From: an uncultured Bacteroidota bacterium
GTDB taxonomy: Bacteria > Bacteroidota > Bacteroidia > UBA4408
Direction: 5' to 3'
Assembly: GCA_903840505.1 (NCBI GenBank)
Contig: CAIMGI010000014.1
Coordinates: forward strand, 1 to 59,497
Length of the DNA: 59,497 nt
This document shows positions 29,046-38,200 of this stretch, one piece after another. Below the pieces are notes generated by a model. It did no database searches. It worked only from the letters and a program-made list of their open reading frames with translations, and was not told the DNA's origin. Made by a program: the position numbers and the translations under genes. The first letter of the stretch is position 1; each line of letters starts with the position of its first letter.

Positions 29046-30941
29046 ATGCTTCGCATAACATCTATTGAAGAATACCATAGTGAATACAAAAAAAGTATTG
29101 ACAATCCCGAACAGTTTTGGGCTGAAAAAGCTGAACAATTTCATTGGCAAAAGAAATGGGATAAAGTTCTAAAATGGAATTTTGATGAGCCAAGAATTGA
29201 ATGGTTCGTTGGTGGCAAATTAAATATTACCGAAAATTGTTTGGATAGGCACCTTCCGGCACGTGCCAATCAAGTTGCCTATTATTGGGAACCCAACGAC
29301 CCTAATGAAAAATCGATTGAACTTACCTATCAACAATTATACGAACAAGTATGCAAATTTTCCAACGTTCTAAAAAACAATGGAGCAAAAAAAGGCGATC
29401 GTATTTGCATTTATATGCCAATGATTCCCGAACTAACAATTGCAGTTTTGGCTTGTGCAAGAATTGGTGCCATTCATTCGGTTGTGTTCGGAGGTTTTTC
29501 GGCAACATCTCTTTCGGGACGAATACAGGATTGCGATTGCAACATTGTTGTAACCAGTGATGGGGGTTATAGAGGTGCGAAAGACATACCTATGAAACAA
29601 GTAGTTGACGAAGCATTGGAATTGTGTCCATCGGTAAAAAAAGTAATGGTCGTTGAAAGAACAAAAACCCCTATTACTATGTTGGAAGGGCGTGATATTT
29701 TTTGGAACAATGAAATGCTAAAAGCATCCATCAACTGCCCTGCTGAAATAATGGATGCAGAGGATATGCTGTTTATACTTTACACATCAGGGTCAACAGG
29801 AAAACCAAAAGGTGTTGTACATACTTGCGGAGGATATATGGTGTATACACACTATTCATTTGAAAATGTTTTTCAGTATAACGAAGGCGATGTATATTGG
29901 TGTACTGCCGATATTGGTTGGATAACAGGGCATTCTTACATTGTATACGCTCCTTTGTTAGCAGGTGCAACTTCAGTAATGTTTGAAGGAGTACCCACTT
30001 ATCCATATGCAGGAAGATTTTGGGAAATAATTGACAAATACAATGTAAATATTTTTTACACTGCACCTACAGCAATAAGAGCCTTGGAAGCAGCGGGACT
30101 TAATTTTGTTAAACCTTATAAATTAACTTCTTTGCGCGTATTGGGTAGTGTTGGTGAACCCATTAATGAAGAAGCGTGGAATTGGTACAATGAGCATATT
30201 GGAAAAAACAATTGTCCCATTGTAGACACTTGGTGGCAAACCGAAACGGGAGGGATTTTAATTTCACCATTGGCAGGCATTACTAAAACAAAACCAAGTT
30301 TTGCAACCTTACCCTTACCAGGTGTACAACCAATTTTGGTTAATGAAAAAGGAAACGAAATAAAAGGAAATGGTGTGGAAGGAAACTTATGTATAAAATT
30401 CCCTTGGCCATCTATTATTCGAACAACCTATGGCGACAATGAGCGTTGTAAACAAAATTATTTTGCTACCTATCCTAACTTATATTTTACAGGTGATGGA
30501 TGTAAACGTGATGAGGATGGCTACTATAGGATTACCGGAAGAGTGGATGATGTAATGAATATAAGTGGTCACAGAATTGGTACCGCAGAAGTAGAAAGTG
30601 CCATCAATACCCATATAGACATTGTAGAATCGGCAGTGGTTGGCTATCCACACGATATAAAAGGACAAGGTATTTATGCCTATGTTATTTGTGTAAACAA
30701 ACAAAAAAATGCAGAGATATTAAAAAAAGAAATTTTAGCTGAGGTCACCAAAACAATTGGTGCCATTGCCAAGCCCGATAAAATACAAATAGTAAGCGGA
30801 CTTCCTAAAACACGTAGCGGAAAAATAATGCGTAGAATTTTACGAAAAATTGCAGAAGGCGACCTCAACAATTTAGGCGATATATCTACTCTTTTAGACC
30901 CTAGTGTTGTGGAAGAAATAAAACGGGGTATGATAAAGTAG
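29046..30941 (+). CDS. acs: acetyl-CoA synthetase
   Basis: AMP-binding motif YTSGSTGKPKGV, WWQTETGG, and the C-terminal PKTRSGKIMRR with the regulatory lysine context. 631 aa. Confidence 0.95.
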   Translation: MLRITSIEEYHSEYKKSIDNPEQFWAEKAEQFHWQKKWDKVLKWNFDEPRIEWFVGGKLNITENCLDRHLPARANQVAYYWEPNDPNEKSIELTYQQLYEQVCKFSNVLKNNGAKKGDRICIYMPMIPELTIAVLACARIGAIHSVVFGGFSATSLSGRIQDCDCNIVVTSDGGYRGAKDIPMKQVVDEALELCPSVKKVMVVERTKTPITMLEGRDIFWNNEMLKASINCPAEIMDAEDMLFILYTSGSTGKPKGVVHTCGGYMVYTHYSFENVFQYNEGDVYWCTADIGWITGHSYIVYAPLLAGATSVMFEGVPTYPYAGRFWEIIDKYNVNIFYTAPTAIRALEAAGLNFVKPYKLTSLRVLGSVGEPINEEAWNWYNEHIGKNNCPIVDTWWQTETGGILISPLAGITKTKPSFATLPLPGVQPILVNEKGNEIKGNGVEGNLCIKFPWPSIIRTTYGDNERCKQNYFATYPNLYFTGDGCKRDEDGYYRITGRVDDVMNISGHRIGTAEVESAINTHIDIVESAVVGYPHDIKGQGIYAYVICVNKQKNAEILKKEILAEVTKTIGAIAKPDKIQIVSGLPKTRSGKIMRRILRKIAEGDLNNLGDISTLLDPSVVEEIKRGMIK

Positions 30942-31000
30942 AATAGGCTCCTTTAAGATTGAAACAATAAATACCTTACCTTAGCCGTATATAATATTAA

Positions 31001-32278
31001 ATGAGCAAACAACGCAAAGCAATTCTTATTGTAAGCATAGTAAGTGCAATTATACTTCTATGGTTAACCATTTTTCGAAGGTCAGGAAAAAATGAGAAAG
31101 ATGTTTTTGTTCCTGTAAAAAAGGGGCTTTTTGAAATTACTGTTTTTACAACCGGTGAGTTGGAAGCAAAAAACTCTACCGACATACAAGGCCCAACAGG
31201 AATAAGACAATTGGGCATTTGGCAAATAAAAATTTCCGATTTGGTGGCCGAAGGTACTGTTGTGAAAAAAGGTGAATATGTTGGCGCTTTAGATAAAACG
31301 GAAATAGCGGGAAAAATAAGAGAAGCCGAAAGTGAATTGCAAAAAATAGAATCGCAGTTTACACAAAACAAATTAGATACTACCTTACAATTAAGACAAG
31401 CACGTGACGAAATAATCAACCTGGGGTTTACATTAAAAGAAAAAGACATTGTATTGGAGCAGTCGGCATTTGAGCCACCTGCAACCATAAGACAAGCAAA
31501 ACTTGATTTAGAAAGAAGTGCGCGTGCATTAGACCAAGCAATTAAAAATTACAAAATAAAGGAAAGTCAGTCCATCGCAAAGATGCAGGAAATAACTGCA
31601 TCGCTTAGTATTACCAAAAGCAAAATGCAACAACTTGTTGATGTAATGCAACAATTTACAATTAATGCACCAGAAGATGGAATGGTTATTTATCAGCGCG
31701 AATGGAATGGCAAAAGAAAAACAGTTGGCTCTACTATTGGCGCTTGGGACCCCACTGTAGCAACATTACCAGACCTTTCGGTTATGCTGTCGAAAACATA
31801 TGTGAATGAAGTTGATATTCGTAAATTAAAGTTAAACCAAAAAGTAGATGTAAACTTAGATGCTTACCCTGAAAAAAAATTAACTGGTAAAATTGTATCT
31901 ATTGCCAATGTGGGTGAACAAAATCCTAAATCGGATGCAAAAGTGTTTGAAGTACAAATTCAAATAAGTGAAAAAGATACTTCCCTTCGGCCGGCAATGA
32001 CCACAGGTAATAATATCATTATTGGAAAAATCCCTAACAGTATATATGTTCCGCTGGAATGTATACACAACGATGGCGATTCCCTATCCTATGTTTATCT
32101 GAAAGACGGACTATCCTTTATTAAAAAAGAAGTAAAAACAGGTGAAGCTAACGAAGACAATATTGTAATAAAAGAAGGATTAACGGAAGAAGATATGGTT
32201 TACCTTTCTATTCCTGAAAACAATAAAGACCTGGAGATAGAAAAACTTCCTATCAAAAAAACAATAGCCCAAAAATAG
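31001..32278 (+). CDS. efflux transporter periplasmic adaptor (HlyD/MacA family)
   Basis: N-terminal TM anchor, long coiled-coil hairpin region and C-terminal beta-barrel-like domains. It is the first gene of an adaptor-permease-TolC operon. Confidence 0.8.
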   Translation: MSKQRKAILIVSIVSAIILLWLTIFRRSGKNEKDVFVPVKKGLFEITVFTTGELEAKNSTDIQGPTGIRQLGIWQIKISDLVAEGTVVKKGEYVGALDKTEIAGKIREAESELQKIESQFTQNKLDTTLQLRQARDEIINLGFTLKEKDIVLEQSAFEPPATIRQAKLDLERSARALDQAIKNYKIKESQSIAKMQEITASLSITKSKMQQLVDVMQQFTINAPEDGMVIYQREWNGKRKTVGSTIGAWDPTVATLPDLSVMLSKTYVNEVDIRKLKLNQKVDVNLDAYPEKKLTGKIVSIANVGEQNPKSDAKVFEVQIQISEKDTSLRPAMTTGNNIIIGKIPNSIYVPLECIHNDGDSLSYVYLKDGLSFIKKEVKTGEANEDNIVIKEGLTEEDMVYLSIPENNKDLEIEKLPIKKTIAQK

Positions 32279-32287
32279 CAATTTACG

Positions 32288-33622
32288 ATGCGCGAAAAAT
32301 ACGTGTTGAATTTTCAAATTGCACTGCAAGCTATATTGGCCAATAAATTCCGTTCGCTATTAACTGCTTTGGGAATTATTTTTGGTGTAGCTGCTGTTAT
32401 TGCTATGCTTGCAATTGGTAACGGTGCAAAAAAGGAAATTCTCGAACAAATAAAACTCGTTGGCGTAAACAACATTGTAATTACACCTCACTTAGAACAG
32501 AAAGAAGAAAAAGTTGAGGAATTAGAAAAATCGGAGAAAAAAAAATACAGCCCGGGATTAAACTTAAAAGATATGTACGCCATACAGAGTGTACTTCCCT
32601 GCGTTAGTAAAATAAGTCCTGAAGTAATTATTGAAACACGTTTTGTGAAAGACGGACTTAGCAGAACCGGAAAATTAGTTGGTGTAGAACCCGCCTATTT
32701 TGAAATAACCGACTTTACATTGGAGCAAGGACATATGTTTAATGAAAGGCAATTGATAGCCGGTGATCAGGTTTGCATCATCGGAAAAAATGTAGCAAGT
32801 AAATTTTTCAGCAAAGAAAATCCGCTTGGTAAGTTTATCAAGTGTGGTCCTATTTGGTTAAAAGTGGTCGGTATTACAAAAGAAAAAAGTATTTCGAAAA
32901 ACAGCATTTCAAACTTGGGTATTCGTGATTACAATATGGATGTTTACACGCCCCTAAAAACAATTTTAATACGTTATAAAAATCGCTTATTGATAACAAA
33001 ATCTATGTTGGAAATGGCAAATAAAGGAAATGAGGAAGAGGGTGAAGAAACCAATAGCAACGAAAATTATTACCACCAAATTGATCGCTTGGTAGTACAA
33101 GTAAACAATACTGAAAACCTTCAATCTTCTTCTGAGATTATTTCGCGGCTGATGGAGCGCAGGCATTACGGTGTAACGGATTATGAAATAACAGTACCTG
33201 AACTTTTATTAAAACAGCAACAACGCACAAAAGATATATTCAATATGGTATTGGGTGCCATTGCAGGAATTTCTTTGTTGGTAGGCGGAATCGGCATTAT
33301 GAATATTATGTTGGCATCGGTAATGGAACGCATTAAAGAAATTGGTATTCGACTTTCAATTGGTGCGACAAAAAAGGACATTGTTTTACAATTTGTTATT
33401 GAGGCTATTCTTATAAGTGTATGCGGTGGATTAGCCGGAATTATTCTTGGAGTAATACTCAGTTTTATTGCCTCAAAAGTTGCCGATGTAGAGACCATTA
33501 TTTCAAGTTGGTCGGTAATTATTTCCTTTGGTGTTTCGGCTTTAATAGGTTTAATATTTGGTATTACACCTGCCAAAAGAGCGGCTGAGCAAGACCCAAT
33601 AAAATCATTGCGATATGAATAA
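32288..33622 (+). CDS. ABC transporter permease, MacB-like (FtsX domain, no fused ATPase)
   Basis: TM1, then a large periplasmic domain, then three C-terminal TM helices with the FtsX-type segment GIGIMNIMLASVMERIKEIGIRLSIGATKKDI. There is no Walker A/B motif anywhere in the ORF. Confidence 0.85.
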   Translation: MREKYVLNFQIALQAILANKFRSLLTALGIIFGVAAVIAMLAIGNGAKKEILEQIKLVGVNNIVITPHLEQKEEKVEELEKSEKKKYSPGLNLKDMYAIQSVLPCVSKISPEVIIETRFVKDGLSRTGKLVGVEPAYFEITDFTLEQGHMFNERQLIAGDQVCIIGKNVASKFFSKENPLGKFIKCGPIWLKVVGITKEKSISKNSISNLGIRDYNMDVYTPLKTILIRYKNRLLITKSMLEMANKGNEEEGEETNSNENYYHQIDRLVVQVNNTENLQSSSEIISRLMERRHYGVTDYEITVPELLLKQQQRTKDIFNMVLGAIAGISLLVGGIGIMNIMLASVMERIKEIGIRLSIGATKKDIVLQFVIEAILISVCGGLAGIILGVILSFIASKVADVETIISSWSVIISFGVSALIGLIFGITPAKRAAEQDPIKSLRYE

Positions 33623-35093
33623 AAAGAGAAAAGCAATATCTATTATATTAGGGTTAGGATGTATATTATCATATAATACTATCAATGCACAAAACACTCA
33701 AAAATTAAGCCTTCAACAGGTAGTTGAGCTCGCACAAAAACAATCGCCAGCAGCTAAGCTAGCGGGCACACAATACTCAAATAAATATTGGCAATACCGA
33801 AGTTTTAAAGCCAATTACAAACCGCAATTGGCACTTAATGGAACACTTCCGGACTTAACACGTTCTTATCAGTCTATCACTCAAAACGATGGTACCGATG
33901 CATTTAAATTAAGAAGTATTGCAAACTCATCTTTAGACCTATCCTTGTCACAAAATATTTCATTCACGGGAAGTGAAGTATTTATGAGTTCGCAAATACA
34001 ACGCATTGATATTTTAAATGCACCAACAAGTGTAAACTATTTAGCAAGTCCTGCCATAATTGGTATTAGGCAACCCTTATTTAAGTTCAACAATTTAAAA
34101 TGGAATAGCCGCATAGAACCTTTAAGGTATGAAGAGTCGAAAAAGAAATATGTGGAGGACATGGAAAATGTATCAATACAAGCCTCTGAAATTTTCTTTA
34201 ATTTATTAATTGCACAAATCACATTCAGTATCGAGCAAAAAAACTTAGCAAACAACGATACGCTTTATCAAATATCAAAAGGACGTTATCAATTGGGCAA
34301 AATTGCGGAGAACGAACTGTTACAGATGCAGCTTAGTGTTATGAATGCACAAAACAGTCTTTCTCAAGCACAGTTAGATGTGGAGTTGGGAACACAAAGG
34401 CTAAAGAATTTTTTAAAAATGAGTGGCGCTGATAAAATTGAATTGGAAGAACCGACCTTAATTCCACAATTTTTTGTGGATGAAAAAATTGCTTTACAAG
34501 AAGCAACAAAAAACAGACAACAAATAGTAGAATTTGAACGACAACGATTAGAGGCGGAAAGAGATGTTGCAAGAGCAAAAGGTGATAACAGATTAAATGC
34601 CGACATTACAGCATCCTACGGATTAACAAACAGTGCCCCACTGCTTAACAGTGTTTATTTAAATCCACAGGAGCAGCAACGTATACGAGTAGGATTTGAA
34701 ATCCCCATAGTTGATTGGGGCAGAGCTAAATCTGAAATTAGAACAGCACAAGCAAATAAAGAACTGATAGAAACAACCATTGAACAAGCACAACAAACAT
34801 TTGATCAAGAAATTTATTTGTTGGTAAAACAATTCAATATGTATCGACAAAAATTAGTGATAAGTGCAAAAAGTGATACAATTGCACAAAAGCGATACGA
34901 CATTACCGTTAAACGTTATATGATAGGCAAAATTGATATTGTTGACCTAAATATTGCACTTCAGGAAAAAGATCAAGCAAAACTAGGAAACCTGCAAGCG
35001 TTGAGAACATTTTGGAACACCTATTTTGAATTAAGAAGAAAAACGCTTTACGATTTTCAACAAAATATTCCAATTTTATACACAATTAAGTAA
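33615..35093 (+). CDS. TolC-family outer membrane efflux protein
   Basis: Signal peptide and a two-fold internal repeat of helical/beta segments typical of OEP/TolC proteins. It overlaps the permease gene by 8 nt. Confidence 0.85.
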   Translation: MNKKRKAISIILGLGCILSYNTINAQNTQKLSLQQVVELAQKQSPAAKLAGTQYSNKYWQYRSFKANYKPQLALNGTLPDLTRSYQSITQNDGTDAFKLRSIANSSLDLSLSQNISFTGSEVFMSSQIQRIDILNAPTSVNYLASPAIIGIRQPLFKFNNLKWNSRIEPLRYEESKKKYVEDMENVSIQASEIFFNLLIAQITFSIEQKNLANNDTLYQISKGRYQLGKIAENELLQMQLSVMNAQNSLSQAQLDVELGTQRLKNFLKMSGADKIELEEPTLIPQFFVDEKIALQEATKNRQQIVEFERQRLEAERDVARAKGDNRLNADITASYGLTNSAPLLNSVYLNPQEQQRIRVGFEIPIVDWGRAKSEIRTAQANKELIETTIEQAQQTFDQEIYLLVKQFNMYRQKLVISAKSDTIAQKRYDITVKRYMIGKIDIVDLNIALQEKDQAKLGNLQALRTFWNTYFELRRKTLYDFQQNIPILYTIK

Positions 35094-35154
35094 CAACCTC
35101 ATTTTTAATCAGTTAAAATATTACATAAATATAGTATGTATGTTTTTTCTATTC

Positions 35155-35212
35155 ATTTATAGTTTAAGTTTTGCTTAACAAATATTTATAGTTTATTTTT
35201 GCTTAACAAATA
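35155..35212 (+). repeat. tandem ~29-bp direct repeat in the promoter region of the first T9SS gene
   Basis: ATTTATAGTTTAAGTTTTGCTTAACAAAT (35155-35183) is immediately followed by ATTTATAGTTTATTTTTGCTTAACAAAT (35184-35211). The copies differ by one substitution and a 1-nt indel. Confidence 0.8.
35194..35201 (+). promoter_or_regulatory. Bacteroidota -7 promoter box (TAnnTTTG)
   Basis: TATTTTTG lies inside the second copy of the tandem repeat, 41 nt upstream of the ATG at 35242. The first copy carries TAAGTTTTG, which is off by one. Confidence 0.4.
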
Positions 35213-35241
35213 ATTAATAAACTATTTAATATTAAACAAAA

Positions 35242-38200
35242 ATGAAAATAAACTACTCAACTTGTTTACAAAAAACAAAAGGGATGGTTGCAACATTTAT
35301 AATGGTTAGCACCATGTTTTTTAGTAAACAACAGGTTCAAGCACAAGTAAGTGCTATGAACTTTCAAACAATTGCCGGTGGTTACTCAACTGTTGTAGGT
35401 GGTGTAACTGTTGGTACTGCCACTGATGATGATAATTCCTATGGCGCCAATAATATTGGTTTTACTTTTAACTATAACGGTGTTGCGTATACACAATTTG
35501 GTATTAACAACAACGGTTGGGTTAGTTTGGGAGCCGGTTCACCCGCAAACAGTTATAATCCAATAAGTACCGGTGCAACCAACAATATAATTTCAGCTTT
35601 TGGTCGTGACCTTGTATTAGGATATAGAACAACTGGAAATGTAACCTTGGGTTCAACAAACATAACTAACGTTGGTTCAATAACAGGTATATCTGTCGGT
35701 GTAGTAATTACAGGAACAGGTATTCCAGTTGGAGCAACTGTTGTTTCTGCGGCAGGTACTACTGTTACTATTTCAGCTGCAGCAACCATTACATCAGCTG
35801 GTACTACATTAAACCAAGCCAATGGAGAAAAACGTATAGAGACAATTGGTGTAGCACCAAATAGAGTGTGTGTAATTCAGTGGTCAAAAGCTCGACCTTA
35901 TGGGCAATCAAACTGTAATTTTAATTTTCAAATCCGTTTAAGTGAAACCACTGATTATATTGATGTGGTGTATGGAACGATGTTTGATTTGGGTCTTAAC
36001 GTAAATGCTGAAGTTGGTTTACGAGGTAGTTCAAATGCCGATTTCAACAACCGAGTTTCTACTCCTAGTTGGAATAGCTCAACAGCCGGAGGAACAAATG
36101 CTGCTTTTTCTACTCTTTCTCCATTTGCTTACCCTGGAGTTGGAACTGATTATAATTGGTTAATTGTACCAACTGACTTAGCTGTTACAGCTCTTTTTGC
36201 ACCAGTTGCAGGAACCACCTGTTTGAGCAACATTGAAAATATCTCTGTAACAGTAAAAAATACAGGTTCACAATCAATTAACTTTGCGAATAATCCTGCA
36301 CTAATTTCATCCGCTTCAACAGGATTAAACCCAATGACATTTCCTGTTTTTACAATTAACAATGGAACCTTAGCACCAGGTGCAACTCAAAATATTATTG
36401 TAAAAACTAATTTTAATATGTCAGTATCTGGCGTATATACATTTACTGCCTCTTCAACAATGGCTGGTGATGGTTTTGCTCCTAATAATGCGATGCCATT
36501 GGCGACTTTTACAAGCTTTACTCCTTCCGTAAATGCTGGCCCCGATGTTACTATTTGTGAAGGAACCAGTACCAATTTAAATGCAACAGCAAACGCTTTT
36601 GGTGTGGTAAACACTACTTATACAAGCAATACAGTTGTAAACGTTCCAGACGGTAATCCTGCCGGGGCTATTGCTACTGTTAACTGTTTTGGTGCACCGG
36701 GAATTGCAAATCAAATTGTTTCTGCTACTATCGATAACTTTACGCACACATATATATCGGATATGCGTATGCGTTTAATTGCACCCGATGGTTCATCTTG
36801 TTTTCTTATACTAAACCGTGGAGGAAGTGGCGACAATATGACAAATACTGTATTTACAACTAGCGCTATCAACCCAATTTCAGCTGGAGTTGCACCTTTT
36901 ACAGGTTCATTCATACCGGAAACACCATTCTCGGGTTTAACTGGAGTTGCTACTGGTACATGGAGTTTAGAAATGATTGATCAATTTGCTGGAGACATAG
37001 GTACATTAAATTCTTGGACTTTGACATTCGCAGGACCAAATAGTATCGTATCATATGCTTGGAGCCCTGCTTTACGATTAAACAATCCAGCAGTTGCGAA
37101 CCCAATTGCAAGCCCGATAGTAACAACTGATTATGTTGTTACTGTTACAGATGGTAATAATTGTACAAAAAGAGATACTGTTAAAGTTACAGTTAATCCT
37201 TTACCTTTAACACCAGCTGCTATTTCAGGATTAACAAATATTTGTGAAGGTCAAACAAACCAGTTATTTGTATCCTCTAGTACTTATGCAACTGGTTACA
37301 ACTGGACTGTTCCTACAGGTGCAACAATTGTTGGTAATGCAAACAACGACAGTATTTATGTTGACTTTGCGATTGGTGCACTATCTGGCAACATAACCGT
37401 TCAAGGTACAAATGCTTGTGGTAACAGTGTAACTACTACAACACTTGCAATTACAATTCTTCCTTTAGTTGCTCCCGCAGGTGCAATTTCCGGAAATGCA
37501 ACTGTTTGTGAAAATACTACAAACATAATGTATATGGTTTCTGCCATTGCAAATGCAACTGGATATAACTGGACTGTTCCTGCAGGCGCTATTATAACTG
37601 CCGGAGCAAATACTACAATGATTACAGTAGACTTCCCAGTTGGTTCGATTAGTGGAAATGTTACTGTGGCAGGAACAAACTCTTGTGGAGCAGGCGCAGC
37701 ATCTACATTCGCTGTAGTTGTGAACCCATTGCCTGGTACACCTGGAGCAATAACAGGATCGACCACAGTTTGTGCTAACAGTATGAACGTTATGTATATG
37801 GTTCCGGCAATTGCAAATGCTACCGGTTATAGCTGGACTGTTCCTTCAGGAGCTGCAATTGTTGCAGGAGGAAACACCAATATGATTACTGTTGACTTCC
37901 CATTTGGTTCAGTTAGTGGCAACATTACTGTTATGGGAGTAAATAGCTGTGGAAACAGTATAACTACCAGTACTTTAATGGTTACTATTGTTGATACTGC
38001 AGGGGCTATTGGTTCAATAACAGGACCTATTGCAGTGTGTGCAGGACAAATGGGTGTTAATTTTGTTGTTCCAACTGTTACAAATGCAATTGGATATAAT
38101 TGGAGCCTACCTGCCGGTGCTACTATTGTTGCAGGAGCAAATACCAATTCAATTATGGTCGATTTTTCAAACAGCCCTACAAGTGGTAACGTAACTGTTT

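Noticed and set aside
30997-31488. 163-aa ORF antisense to the efflux adaptor gene. The same applies to the antisense ORFs at 33181-33636, 15870-16343, 34-393, 2533-2895, 8260-8634 and 10968-11300.
   Set aside because: Each lies fully inside a strongly supported gene on the other strand. They have Ser/Cys/Phe/Ile-rich shadow-frame composition and no recognisable motifs. They are typical antisense artefacts of an AT-rich genome.
37401-38147. Antisense ORFs of 106-127 aa inside the T9SS repeat genes (37401-37766, 37827-38147, 42410-42793, 42616-42888, 35553-35822).
   Set aside because: The sense strand encodes Gly/Thr/Ala/Val/Asn-rich repeats whose complement is naturally stop-poor. The antisense products are low-complexity Pro/Val/Ala strings with no signal of selection independent of the sense repeats.
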